From NCBI GenBank assembly GCA_964247055.1, contig OZ176053.1:10974001-11038000 (forward strand): a stretch of 64,000 nt of DNA, read 5' to 3'. Each line of letters opens with the position of its first letter. The stretch's first letter is position 1. Origin of the DNA: Paragordius varius (Eukaryota > Animalia > Nematomorpha). Below, in pieces: positions 1-13,722 of this stretch. The position numbers and the translations under genes were made by a program. The notes beneath the pieces are model-generated. The model saw only the letters and a list, made by a program, of their open reading frames with translations. It did not search any database and was not told the DNA's origin.

Positions 1-289
1 TTTGAGGCGCTTGTTTAAGCGACACGTGCCTTTGTATACAACTAATGACTTGACAGATTATTAGAAAATTGACCCTCGCTTTTAGCGCATTTTTATGGCC
101 CAATTAAACCGCGTGGATGTGGCAATAGGACTTTGTTGGACTTATGACTTAATATGAATCCAATATATTGAAAATATTTATGTATATTCGAAACAACTTA
201 CACCGCAAACTTTAATTTGCAAAACCTATGTAAACACCTTATGTAAATCTAACATTTTGGCAATTATTCGATAACACAAAGTTCTCCTC

Positions 290-752
290 TCACCTTTTAA
301 ACGATGAATGATGGTTCAATGCGTTTGCCGCTGATAAACTATTAAGAATTCGAAACAGTCTAGATTCTTCCAGACCATTCCCTTCATGGCAAGTAATTTC
401 ATCATTATCAACATCATCATGAGAATTTTGAGTCATAAAATCATGGTTTAGTGCATTTTGAGTGGAATTCGACATGATAGTTAGAGCGGGTGTTGTTTCA
501 TTAAATGCAATACTTACGTTTCGCCCTCGACCCAATGAATGAAAAGGCAGGGCTATAAATTGTGTCGGGTGAGCCGAATCATACGCATGTCTATAATGAA
601 TGGAGAGCGGTTCACTCGCCACAAACTTATATTGATGGAGTTTGTGCGCTCTAATAAGTGCTTTGTATGGATCATGAAACATATCGGCATTTCGATCGGA
701 GGAGGAGGTTGAGTTAGGTAAATCATCTGCCATGGATGATTCGATTGATTTA
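290..752 (-). CDS. neur: Probable downstream exon of the neuralized-like gene (start of a second NHR repeat followed by divergent low-complexity sequence)
   Basis: ORF 733-290 stays open upstream to a possible acceptor (aacag|T at 752). It contains LPFHSLGRGRNVSI, resembling the PFHxxxGRNVxL opening of Neuralized NHR2. It ends either at TGA 292-290 or at a donor AG|GTGAG (293-292). The splice link to the NHR1 exon is unresolved. Confidence 0.5.
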
Positions 753-1833
753 CTGTTTAAGGTGAGGGTAAATTTTTAAAAAAGGAATAAAGAAATGCAT
801 ATAATTTGATATCAATCAATTGAACACTAAAACTTTTGAGTTAGTTCAATTGAAGATATTAAAATGTGTCCAAGAGTTAACTGTAAAAATTAACCGATTA
901 TATCCTCATTGGATAATTATAAAAAATTCAATTATGGAAATGGCATAATTATTTATATTTTTGATTTATATTCTGATAATGTTACATAATATTCAATAAT
1001 AATGATTTAATAAAACAAAAAATACAAAATAAAAATTTTGGGGATCATGTTCAATTACTTACTTAAAACATGATAATTATACTATGCACAAATTATTTAA
1101 TAAAGATAAAATATTTCGTTTAAAAAAATGTGGAAAATTAAATGTTTAGCAATTATATGCTGAATATTTTTTCGTACAAAATTAAATTTACAAAAAATAG
1201 TAAATTTTAATAACTAATAACTATATAAAACAATACACAGTAACCTTCGGTGGCCGCCTAAACGGCGGGCTGCATTCATAATATATATAGCCTAATTAAT
1301 ATTTTAATAGATTTTATGCATAAAATTGTAAAATGCAAACACAATATAACATTTTTTCTAGTTCATTTCCAATCATACAAACTAATTCAGAAAAATTGTT
1401 TAAAAAATATCAGTTTTATTTAAATTTTATGAGTATATTTATGCAAATTATGGATTATCAAATTTTCGCGAGCCACACATAAGGTCTCAAGGGCCGCGTA
1501 TTAGACACCCCTTTTCCCTTTTTTATATTATGAAGGGTAAAGAATGTAAAATATATTAAGACTTGTTAAAGATTTAACACTCACCTGCCCAGGGGTGAAC
1601 ACAGTGTAAGAGTCTGGCACCCTACCTTACCATATTGTCACGCCTTTCTTATATTTATATAAATGACGTATTTTGATCTGTACGATACATTTTCATATAA
1701 TAAAAAATTCTTAGTAAATAAAAACCTTTGTTTTTTGGAATAATCTGTTAGACCTTTGGAAAATCCAAACATATTGCTGTTAAAAATTAGTTGAAATTCA
1801 CAAAATGCTATAAACATTAAAAACAATTATTAC

Positions 1834-2428
1834 GAATTAATTTTATGGCAACAGTATTTCCATATAAATCAAACATTGGCCATAATTTAGAAGATAATTC
1901 ACCATTTTTTCCCAGGTTTACAAGTAGATTCGTAATTAATGTGTCTTTGAATTGACCATTAATCGCTAGGCTTATTCTACCATTTGGATTTATAAATAAG
2001 CAAATATAATTATTTGTTTGAATGTAAGGCAATGGAATAGGTTTTATCCAGCAACTCGTTTGAAAATTTGGACAAGAATATTTCGGTGTTATATAAGTAG
2101 AAACTTTTTTTCGTTGTGATAAATGGCTACTGTTTTTCCATTTACTGTATTTGTGAACAATGTCCTGTGTGGTAAACCCAATTTTTAAACCACCAGCCCA
2201 ATTTTCTGATGTTTCAAGTATTTTTATACAAATAATTTCATTTATATCTACAGGTCGATTGGCGTAACAAATGCCCTTGCAAAAAGAACGTATTCGTTTG
2301 GCGCATGTTCGGTCTTCTGAGATACTTATATTTTCTCCACATATTTTTTCATTAAATAAAATATCGGAATAGCCTACAATCTAATTTAAAATTTATTTAC
2401 TTGTGTTTTTATTCAAACTATTGCCCAT
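1834..2428 (-). CDS. neur: Neuralized-like protein, N-terminus and NHR1 domain (exons 2428-2401 and 2373-1834)
   Basis: Manual translation: MGNSLNKNT|SYSDILFNEKICGENISISEDRTCAKRIRSFCKGICYANRPVDINEIICIKILETSENWAGGLKIGFTTQD...PKYSCP...LWPMFDLYGNTVAIKLI. This matches the NHR/NEUZ consensus along its length, and MGNS is a myristoylation-type N-terminus as in Neuralized. The ORF track shows only the last 71 aa. Confidence 0.85.
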
Positions 2429-2830
2429 TGATATAAAACGCTAAACATATTGGACGGATGGAAAAAAGATTACTTGATGTATTTATTTTAGATACTGCAT
2501 TTTTTGTATTGTCATAACTAAACATATTGTGATTGTATAAAAAAATTTATAACTGCTAGGTTAGTTAAATATAGAATACAAAAAAATTAATTATCCTTGG
2601 TGAAATAGGGCCAGATTTTATATTTTTATAATTTATCGAAAATAACCAAATATTGTAGGGATTATAACCACTGATATACATACAATAAAGTACTTATTTA
2701 AATAGTTTTTATTTAGAAAATCAAAACATTTAGTTATAAAACTAAAATCTACCGCAAAATCAGGTTACACATGACATGAGTCTGTTCATTCACTTAAAAG
2801 ACTGACGATTGTTAAATTATCAGCAAGGGT
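2429..2830. promoter_or_regulatory. Putative bidirectional promoter region between neur (-) and PHRF1 (+)
   Basis: The inferred start codons at 2428 (-) and 2831 (+) are divergent and 402 bp apart. No specific core promoter motif was identified. Confidence 0.45.
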
Positions 2831-5800
2831 ATGGGCATTGATAATTCCTCTTCTGACGACGCTTATTCCAAGAATAGAAGAAATCGAGGTATATTTTGTT
2901 TGTTTTATAATTTCAGATGATATTGACACGGATGATGACGATGAGGAATTACTATCATTGTTAATAAAAAAGAAACAGCTAGAGACGGAGCTAAGTCTAT
3001 ATATGTCTTTTAGTCATTTTTTTAAAAAAAATAGGTTAATTTAAAAATATTTATATTTTTTATGAAATCTTTTTATTATAGTGATGAACGAAAAAAGCCT
3101 TGATTCTATGGAAAACAAAACTTCTGATGAAACTGAGCAATGCCCTATATGCTTGATTCAGTTTACTGATCAAGATAGGGGAAATCCAAATATTTGCGAT
3201 CATTTATTTTGTTTTGAATGTCTACTGGAATGGTCAAAGGTATATAGCAACATGTTTGATTTTTTATTTTAAAAAATATAAATTTCTTAGTCAAATTAAA
3301 AAAATAAGCCACTATACTTTAATTTAATATTTTAATTTAGAATGTTACAACATGCCCAATAGATCGTTTAGCTTTCCAATATATTTATGTTAAAGACTCG
3401 AAAGGAAGTTTGTTAAACCAAGTATGAATTCGATTTATATATATATGTATATAAATTATAATGTATGTTTATTCAATAATTTATTTTTTTCGAATAATTT
3501 TTTAAACAAATTTGGTTATATAAATAAGTATAAAAAATTAATTACTTTTATGTATTCCAAATTATTTTCCCAGTAAATTTAATAATTATTATTTTTTGTA
3601 TTCTTTCATAAGATTGAGGTAGAATGTAAAACATATAATGATGTTGTGCCCGAAGACTTTACCCTTTGTCAAATTTGTGGACAGGGTGATCGAGAAGATG
3701 TGTTACTCCTTTGTGATATGTGTGATGATGGGTATTTATTTCCTTTATTAATTTTGACAATTTTAACCTTAAATAAAATTATTTTTTAATTGCATGGTTG
3801 TTTTGCATAGAATAAAGGTACGATATTTTATGTTTATAAAATTATCCAAATTTATAGTATGCTTAATACTAAGTATCATGAATTATGTTATAACTAGTTT
3901 TGCGAACAATTATCCCCAACACCCATAGTTTTTTATATAAATCAATTTGTTTTAGTATTGATGATACAAAGTAATCTTTTAATATTAATCGCGTATTTTT
4001 ATAACAGATATCACATTGATTGTCTTAACCCACCGTTGGTGGAAATTCCACTCGATAATTGGTATTGTCCAGCGTGTGATAGCCAAAAGGGCGCACAAAC
4101 CAGCACCTCGTCCAGTTCAGATGCCGAGGGCCAAGAAATCCAAATGAACCTTAGACCGCTGTCTAAAAAATTGCGTAGGAGTCAAAGTATGCAATATATA
4201 TATATATATATGTTATAGAAGTTTGAACTTTTTAAAGCAAATTAGATTAAACGGGTGAGTGAATTTTTTTTGGTGTACAGGAAATTTTTGATAATACTCA
4301 AACTCAAATAATTAATAACGTTAGACCTAAATGAATGTCTTTAATTTGATGACATATATATACATAGAACACCAGCTTTTAAGATATTGCATAGGAGTCA
4401 AAAATAAATTTCAAGATAATATGGATGTAATTTAAGTTTTGCTGTATAATGAAATACAAAAATCGACACTGTTTATCTGGTAAAATTGAAATTTTGAATC
4501 TTTTTTGCATTGATTTTTCATCAATTAATTGTTTTAAACATAAAATTTTCCAAAGATTATATAAATTTTATCCATTAATTTTAATTAATGTAACATATAA
4601 TAATCATAATTACCATATTATAATGTATAAACAGAAGTTACCAAATAATTAATCCTATTTTGTAATTATAGGGCTTACATCCAATAACAGAACCCGAATC
4701 GCACGATTTTCACGGCAACCTGCAAAGTATTTTTATTTTTATGGCCATAGCCTCAACAATTATTAATTTTGATAGCAAAATTGAGAGAATTACGCATTAT
4801 ATATTATGAGATTTATTAAAAATTAAGCTGAAATGCGTATCTTATAAAAATATAAATTTAATTTTCGACTTTTATAGTAAAGTCTTTATCAAAATTTTTT
4901 TTAATAAATTAATTAATTATTTTGTATATTGTATATATGATGTTTTCTATAAATGTTGCGCAAAAGTTAGTTAAAATGCGCCTTTTTGTTCGACAATTTG
5001 CATAATAATGATCTTTTGCAATTAATTTATTATATGGAATTTGGTATTGTTTAAAGGGTTATTCCTCATCATAACTAGATTCATATAGGAATACTCGTAA
5101 AAGTAACATTTAAAGATAGCTTTGTGAACCTATATTTAGTACCAATCAATCCCTTGGTATCAATCCCATTGATAGTATTGATCAACCTTCGACATCGAAT
5201 TCTCGGTTCGAAGATGTCACAACTAATGAAACAATCAGTCATGTGAATCCACATACTAATATTACCAATAAATATCACCATGGCTCCAAACATAAATTGA
5301 GGGATGTGGATCTTTTTAACCAACAGTTATGCCTTTTAGTTCCGCGCACCAGATTTAGTGAACGTATTCGAACCCAAATATTGTGCAATAGAGCTAATGC
5401 CTTCCGTGCCAACCACAGCAGCAATACTAATGTAAGCCAATTGTTAAAACAACTCAATTTAGTAGTTTTGAATCATATACATCATTCATAATTAGATTAT
5501 ATGTTTCTGGGCTAAAATAGCTTATGTTTGTTTTTGGCCTAGTTTATCAGTTTTCAGTACATAGATTTTCTATTTAAAACCTTTAAAAGAATATAGCTTT
5601 TCTGGAAAAATGCAAAGTTAACAAATTTAATTAATAAAAAATGGTAAACCATACCAAAAACAAATATTTTATTCTATTGTAATCAAATTTACTTATAAGG
5701 ATTAAAAATGTTCCTAAAGTGTAAATGGTATAATACTACCCGTTATAAAGATTTGATTTTAGAAACATACGGCCTTTGTTTCCTAATTTATTAACCTTTT

Positions 5801-8800
5801 CACGAATAAAATTCAAAAATATAATTTAGTTTTATTTTACCGATATATCAAAGAAATTTTTGTTCTTATATTGGGTTAAAGATGCTTTCACAGCTTATTT
5901 ATGGCAAAATATATATTTTAGCAATTTTACCCAAAAATAGGACATTAGTAAATTCGAAAAGTTCATAATAATTAATACTATATAAGCGCCTTAAAAAGTT
6001 TATCTTTATGATTACTTCTTTACAATATTACTATTTTTAAAAGTATGATTATAAAAATATCTTTACAATACATATTTTAGTTTGTTGAGGACAGAATAAT
6101 GGCGGATCCGCCTACATCTCATTCATCGTCGACATCTCATTCATTAAACTCTGCTAACGATAAACGACGTTCATCCTCCACAAGCCCAAACAAAACGGGC
6201 CAACAAAAGGCAATAGCAGGAAAAACTACGGCGCTTACACCATTAACCCAAGCCCCTATAGATGTGCATAATATTAAGCATTTGCTTACGGCCCTACGTG
6301 AACGTAGGAATAAAGCCGTTCAGGACATTAAACGTAAAATTAGGCGAACCAACAAAACCACGAATAAAAATCGAAAGAAATTTAGCAGAATACGACGTTT
6401 ACGAAAGGGTCATTATCGGCGTCGTAAACGACGGGCGGTTGGAAAACGTCGATTTTTGGGTAGGAAAAAGGGTGGGGAGTCGATTGGTCGCAAAAAATCG
6501 GCTAGCATACTTGCTGCTAGCAAAAGGCTTATGGTAGCCAAGGCTGCATTGTATAAAAATTTGGGCAATACCAATAATTGTAATGGGAAAAATACGAATC
6601 GCATTACTGGGTACTTTATGAGAGACAAGAGTCGAAATATGCCTAAACTAAGTAACAGCAATAGTAAAAATTCATGTTATTCCCCTAAACGATTGAGATC
6701 TTCAACCACATTCACTGGTAAAGATAACAATGATAAAGATCGGATTGGTCATGTTAAGCTTACGTCTAATATGAGAAGATATGGGAATGGAGTTCATATA
6801 TCAGCGGGTAAAACAAACACTTCTAGTCATCACACAATGGTTTCAGATAATACAAATTGGAGATATCGAACACAGGTAGATTTTTATAATATCTATATAT
6901 AACCCTTTTTACCATCAATTTAATAATTAAAAATAGCGCTAATAACAAACCAATGCTCCTCCAGGGGACCCTATTTTGTGATTCACTTGTATTTTTTTAA
7001 TGTCAATTTTAAACCTTAAATTTAACGAGGTTATATTACGTTTTGGCTGCTAAAATTGATAAATAATCCATTAATAATTAATTAACAATTAACCATTTCG
7101 ATGCAACATATAATTGTTATTGTTAATTTAGAAGCCTCAGGATTTAATCGAATCTCAACAAATCCTCTCACCAAACAATGCATGCGACGTAGCCAAAAAG
7201 ATTGATAACTACAACTCTCCTCTTGATATTATGGGCCGTAGGCGAAGTCCATTGTTTAGCCCACCAACTTCACCCAAAGCAGATCAGTTTATAATTTACA
7301 TATTTTTATTTTCTCCCACAAAGCTTTCAGTTATTAACGTTGATCAAATATTGGTTTGAATGTAATTTAACGAACCCTATTTAGACGGCTTTTTATATTA
7401 TTTGGTTTTGTTGCTACATAGAAACTACATTTGTGGCATTACTTGACTAATTATTAAGAATCACTGCATTCACAAGCGGTCAGACCTTTGACGGATAAAA
7501 AACTCTATTTATTATCTAGCACAAATTTGCGCGAAAAGAGCATTCAACGGCATCCACAACAAAAAGTGAGAATTGCATCAAAAATTGTTGTTCCAACAAC
7601 ATCTCAAAACTTTATTAATATGCCTTATATCAATGGTAGTCCAGTGAAAAAAAATCCGCAACACATTATCAACGCTGATACAGATAATACCAATTTTATG
7701 AGTTCAATTTTACAAAGTCAAGGCCAAATGTTACATGGCATGAGTCGAGGACGTACTGATGCCATACGTATAGCTTCAACCGGTCAATTAATATACAATT
7801 CAAATTTAAGTGATTCACCTACCAAAAAAACGGGTATAAAATATCAGCTATCTGATCGACTTGGCTATCATAGTCTAGCACATCACGGAAAATCAACCGA
7901 TAGTTTGAATTCATCCCTTGCGCTTATTTCCAAGAGTAAACGAAATCGACAAGAAAGGCAACAGTTTTTAAATGGCGGGACAAAGGCAAGCGGAACCGAA
8001 ACTAAGGTTTTAATAAATGGTAATGTTGTGGGGGATGATGATGGGATGATACATTATAATTATAAGACAAACAGTTTTGATGACCGACAAATTTATAACA
8101 ACAATAATAATCATCATTATAATGGTTATATTGATGATGAAGAGGTTTTTTTACATACTATACAGTTTTTGTTTTGTATAGAAGGATGTTTTGTGATTTA
8201 CTGTGTTAATTTGTGAACTTTTTTAATTTTTGGGAACTGATTTTAAATTATAAATTCAAATAAATTTATTTTCATTAAGAAAGTGAACAGCAAAATTTAC
8301 TATATAGTTTTATTTTTTTGCATACAAATACTGTTTATTTGACATTTTAACTTTTTGCATTAGAGTTCAATTTTAATCCGATATCCAAACAATATCCCCA
8401 ATCATACAAGCAACACTGTTGGCATCAATTCCTCACGCATATACGTTAGACATAGTGGACATTATAATTCCGATTCTAAATCTAAAACTCGATTGGAAAA
8501 TGGCAGAGATCACCATGCTAAAGTAAGCACATTATCTCATGCTGAAAGGAAAAAAATCTCTTCATCCACCACAGATATTGTTGTCAAAGAAAATAGATAT
8601 GACTATGGTTCCAACAATCTTGTTTCCTACAAGGATCATGATATTAGCAATAAACGTTATAAATATTTCCCTGAAACTAGGAATGATGCCGGCATTAAAA
8701 TCGAAAACGTTAAGAATTCACATGTCACACCTCATCGGAAAAGAGATAGCAAAAAGGATAAAAGGACAGAAAGCAAAACCAAATCTCTATTACAGAGTCC

Positions 8801-11800
8801 AATGTTAAAATCTGAGAATAGTGAAAGGAATTCCAGCCATGATAAAACAAAACATCTAAGTAAAGGTTTGAGAATATTTTTTAAGAAATAATGTTAAATG
8901 GATATTGAATAATGCAAAATCTTATTTTATTATAGAAAAAATTGTCAATTATCATCCTACAAATCAATCACCTTCAAACATCAATACGAAAAAACAAACG
9001 ATACAAGTTAGATCGGTTGCATACCAAGCTATAGAAGAGGAAAATAATGGAAAATTATTAAAAAGTAATTGTATTTCACTTTTAATCTTATTGATTAAGA
9101 TTAACATTCTGCATTTTTACTTAATTAAAATTTTATAGATTGTGACCAGAAAAATGATAAATCTAAACAAAAACGATTGAAATCAACTTTAACGGTCAAA
9201 AAATTTCTGACAACTCATTCAAATAATGTGTCTGATGATGAGGTTGAAGAGGGGGAAATTTTCGATTCCTCAACCAAATTAACAACCTTTGATCATAAGA
9301 ATATAGAAGCTGGAATTACAGCAACTCCCAAAAAATATGCATTTCATTCTAAATCATCATCTTCAAGTTCTGCAGGTAGCGATTCACACACCACAGATTC
9401 TCCACCATTTGCAAATGAAAGGACATCTGATGAAAGTAGTCACAGTGGTTATGATTCCGCCTACCAAAAAAGGAGTAACAAGTTAGAGAGATCTGCACGA
9501 AAAAATGCTAAACATAAAGGATCCAAAATAATGGGCCCCTCATCTGATAACGAAACTTTGAAATCACCAAGTTCATCATCTCATAAATCTTCCACGTCTT
9601 CAAATAGCAGTCATAAATCATCTAGAAAACGGGATTCCTCTACCACCAACGAGGAATATGACATTGATATTATAGATGATGTAACGAGTGAACCTGAAAT
9701 TCAGGTAATCGAAACAAATCCTTTAAGCACCAAAGATATTACCTCAGTTGTGTCTGGACACACAGAAATTATTACACTCCAAGGGGACGATGACATTCCC
9801 AATTCTAAAGTAGTAAATATTCCAACAATTTTCAATTCGAAAGATAGGCAAAATTTGTCACAACCACATATAACAAATACTATTGTGCCGCCACCTCCCC
9901 CGATACCTGCTGCATTGTTAAAACCTATGACATGTAATGCTTATAATCCGTTTGAACCGACCCATTCACCCTCATCATCTTCTCCATGCCACAATTTTAA
10001 GCCAGATCTGCCTCCTTTAGCCTTCGTAACTTTGTCAGCCTTGAATTCAAATTCAACGAATATTACAAATACCACAAAGGCACAAGAAATGTCTTCCATC
10101 CTTAATCCACCACCCTTACCGCCATTTAATACATTGTCTAACACATCGGTCGTCTCGATAACACAACAATGTTCAAACACTCCTTTACTCCATCCTTTAC
10201 CCTTGGCACCTCCGAGTTTTATGATGTTGCCATCTTTACATTATATCCCCCCTACCATAGTTAACACAACATCGATTGAAATTGATTGTATCAATAATGC
10301 ACCAAACAATCTACATAGCAAAACTAATAACCTTGACACATTGGTGTCTTCATCAAAGAATAAGTATTTGCTGACACCACCACCCCCCTTGCCTCCGTTA
10401 CTTCTTGCACCGTCAAAAAGTCCAAATAACCAAAATGTATTTATTCCCGCAAGTGTTTGTCACCCAATCGCATCAAAATGTGGCATAAATTTACCTGATC
10501 TACCACCCTTGATGGTTTTACCTTCTCCATTTCAACTTGCGTCAATACATACCGCACCAGAAAAGTATCATGAGGAAATTCCAAACAAATTACCCCAGAA
10601 TATTGATGCGATGCCTCCTCTTTTTACAGCGACAGTCACTGTGTCATCACATCCAATCTCAACCAGTATTGTATTCACCGAAACCAATAATACGGTATCT
10701 CTTGAATCTATAACGGTCCCTTGCAATCTACCACCTCTTCCTTCCAGCGAAAGACTTCGCAAATATATTTTGCCACCATTGAAAGCTTTACCTTCTGCCA
10801 CCGCATTGGTGTCAAAATCCACCTTAGAAAATAGTATGAAAGAAACCATTAACATATCCACTATTAATAATCCTTTAAAAGAATCAAATAATATTACAAC
10901 AACCACAGCAACCAGTGCAACTTATCGTTTTACCCTTGCTTCGAATTCTGCTTTCTCGCGACGTCTCGTACGACAACCCCTAATGTCTGATTCAACTCAT
11001 TCCTTATTTGACACTGAAGTTAAGGACACTAGTGAAACAGTTGTGCCCAACTCTGCAAATATTAAAGTAGTCGATGAAAACACTCTTCAAGCTATTGGTG
11101 CCAAAAATGAGAAATCGACTCAAAATGGAACTATAATACCCATTTCAACACATTCAATCTACTCTACTTTATCATCATTATCATTACCAACATCCCATAT
11201 TACTATGCAAAATGTTCCAAATTCATCATGTATGACAAATACGGTTTCAGTCCTAAAAGGAATAAATGTTGTTTCAGAACAAAAAGCTAATACTCTGACC
11301 TCCCTACCTGTTTCAAACAATAATAATAATAAAAATTACATCAATAGAACGATAACTTTAAACCCAAACGATATACCATTCCCGTTTGCTGAAGGAACCT
11401 CATTCACAATCATAGATATGATATCGACTGTGCCAGAACCGCAGTCCGAATCTATAATATTGGGTAAGAATTTAATTTTTCTTGTTTGTTTAAACTTTTT
11501 TTAGCCATTTTAATTAACTTATATATGTATTATATGCAGATAAAACAAAGTCTCAAACCACAACCAAAATGACGCAAAAAATTCCCCGAAAAACTGAAAT
11601 TATCAAGAGTAGTATTAAGCAAAAAGATGTCAATTTTACTTGTAAAAAATCAAATCCAACCCATATTGATGATAAAAATAGTCATAAAATAATTACAGCA
11701 GTCTGCCAACAGCAAGGTTTAGACGCAAAAAATAAAACAACTTACTCTAAACCAAAAAATAAATCAGAAGAAACACCCATTGTCAAAGCCTCTTCACAAT

Positions 11801-13722
11801 CTAACACAAAGAATGATATTGTTTCCAAAAAATCAACACCAAGTCAAAAAGTTCAACCGAAAATAGATTATAAACAAAATTTTAAGCTTTTACCTCAAAA
11901 TGTAAAGAATCTCTTGGAATCCGATCAAAAAGGTTTGAATTTACAATTTTTTTATGTAAAAAATCTACATCTAAATGATAAGTTTAATTTATCTTCTAAC
12001 ATTATTAACAAAAATATCATAATTATCAAGTTAGGATGTTTTATGATCTAATTCGATTTTAGATTTAAACCGAATAAACAACTGCAATTAAAAATATATT
12101 TATTAAGGTGACTACTAACAATGGCCGGTTATTAATGCATTTATGAGCCTGAATGACCTTTGTATTGAAATAAAAAATATGATAATAAATTTAAAGCTGT
12201 TTCACAAATTTGAAATTTTGAATTTTGCACTAATTTGTCTATATCGGGTTCGGTTTCACGTTTTTTAAAATCCCAAATATTTTTGCAAAAAATTGTTCGG
12301 ATTCATCGTATATTTTGATTAAGGTCAATAGTTAAATAAATAAACGCGTGTTTATAAAGGATCTAATATTTTATATAAGGAATAGTAGAATTATAAAATT
12401 GTATAAAATAATAAAAGCCGGTTATTTTAGAATCGCGGTTCGGGTTAAGGGTTCTGGAACCGTTTGCTAAGTGGTTTTGGTTAGAAAACTGTCGTAATTT
12501 CTATTAATTCTGATTAATCCATTATAGCTGGTTTTTATTTTTGTGATCCCTATTCAGCTCTTTTACCACAATATACAACTTTAATTTAGTTTAAATCGAA
12601 ATACATTTATTGGCTAATATCTGTATGATAATTTAGTAACACTTGAAACAACAACTTCATCTCCTATCCCTGAGAATCCTTTCCCTAATTATAAAGGTCA
12701 GGCATCTAAAAATTCTTTACCCGTCTCACCAAAATTTAAACCGCTGTGTAGTGATAAAGAAAAATTGGTCCATAAAATGCGAAGAATGAATTGTACGTAT
12801 TATTAACATTGTATCCCCCTTTCTTTACTTAGCTTAATTTTTAAAAAGAATTTTTTAGTAGTATTGAATCTTTTTTATTCGTTTAAACATATTTTTTAGC
12901 TGATATTACAAAATTTGTATATCAATCAGTGCCAACCGAAAAAGTAGATGTTAACCAAAATCAAACTAATTCAATATCCGAATCACATTCTACCACATCC
13001 ACACAAACTCGTAAATTAAATGGTATTTTTTCATAAAAAGTTTTATTTTACAATGGTACATGGTGGGATAAAATTATCTTTTAGAAAAGTAACAAATAAA
13101 GTTAATGCGATTTTTTACTAAATTTATTAAATTATTTTCTGGTTTTCCTGCTAATTCTTTAGAAATGCTAGCATATTATAAGAATAATTATATTTATTTT
13201 ATAATTAAACAGTGAACATTGGTAAAGAGGGCCCAGATACTACGCCATGTTCTAAAAATTTGTTGGATTCTAAACAAGAAGAGGTATTATTATTTTTGTT
13301 TAATTATATCTATAATCTACTATATTTTTATTTTGGCAATCCATAGTATTTCCGAAAGCTTAATCATCAACAACGCGTTGCCGAGGAAGTCAAGATTGCT
13401 TTAAAACCGTTTTATAATCAAGGTCTTATAACAAAGGATCAATACAAAGATATCATGAAACGATCAGTTATTAAAGTTAGTTTTTATATACACGCATATT
13501 AAATTTTTCACTACCGCGTAATTTCGATTTTTGGAAACATTTGTGTTAATATTAATTCAACTTAAATATTTTCCATTAACTTTATTTGGTGCATTTTAAA
13601 AGTTTATCATAATTTTGTTATATTTCATTATTTTTTAGATTTGTAAATCCAAAAGTCCCAAAATCAACCCAATCAAGATTTTAGCTTTGGTTCAAGCTTA
13701 TGTTAATTTGTATCATAGATGA
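2831..13722 (+). CDS. PHRF1: PHD and RING finger domain-containing protein 1 (PHRF1/SCAF11 family), ~20 exons, ~2,180 aa
   Basis: Phase-consistent GT-AG exons: 2831-2888, 2917-2994(?), 3082-3239, 3341-3421, 3613-3731, 4008-4186, 4672-4726, 5140-5431, 6081-6875, 7132-7286(?), 7484(?)-8144, 8364-8865, 8936-9064, 9139-11463, 11540-11932, 12637-12792, 12900-13022, 13213-13283, 13347-13475, 13639-13722 (6,543 nt in total). Motifs: RING (CPICL...CDHLFCFECLLEWSK|NVTTCPIDR), PHD (CQICGQGDREDVLLLCDMCDDG|YHIDCLNPPL...WYCPAC), PRTRFSERIR, and the C-terminal PHRF1-type domain (QQRVAEEVKIALKPFY...TKDQYKDIMKRSVIK|ICKSKSPKINPIKILALVQAYV). Junctions marked (?) are uncertain. Confidence 0.9.

Noticed and set aside
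1238-1512. GC-rich hairpin CCGCC-TAAAC-GGCGG and a hAT-like end (GGCCGCGTATTAGACACCCCT)
   Set aside because: Probably a decayed hAT MITE, but I found no matching left TIR or TSD, so it cannot be delimited.
5081-10906. Antisense or alternative-frame ORFs at 5081, 5275, 6262, 6413, 8539, 9941 and 10568
   Set aside because: They overlap well-supported PHRF1 exons and show no recognisable motifs; shadow ORFs.
12240-12480. GGTTCGG/AACCG motif cluster in a PHRF1 intron
   Set aside because: Resembles transposon subterminal repeats, but no termini or TSD could be defined.
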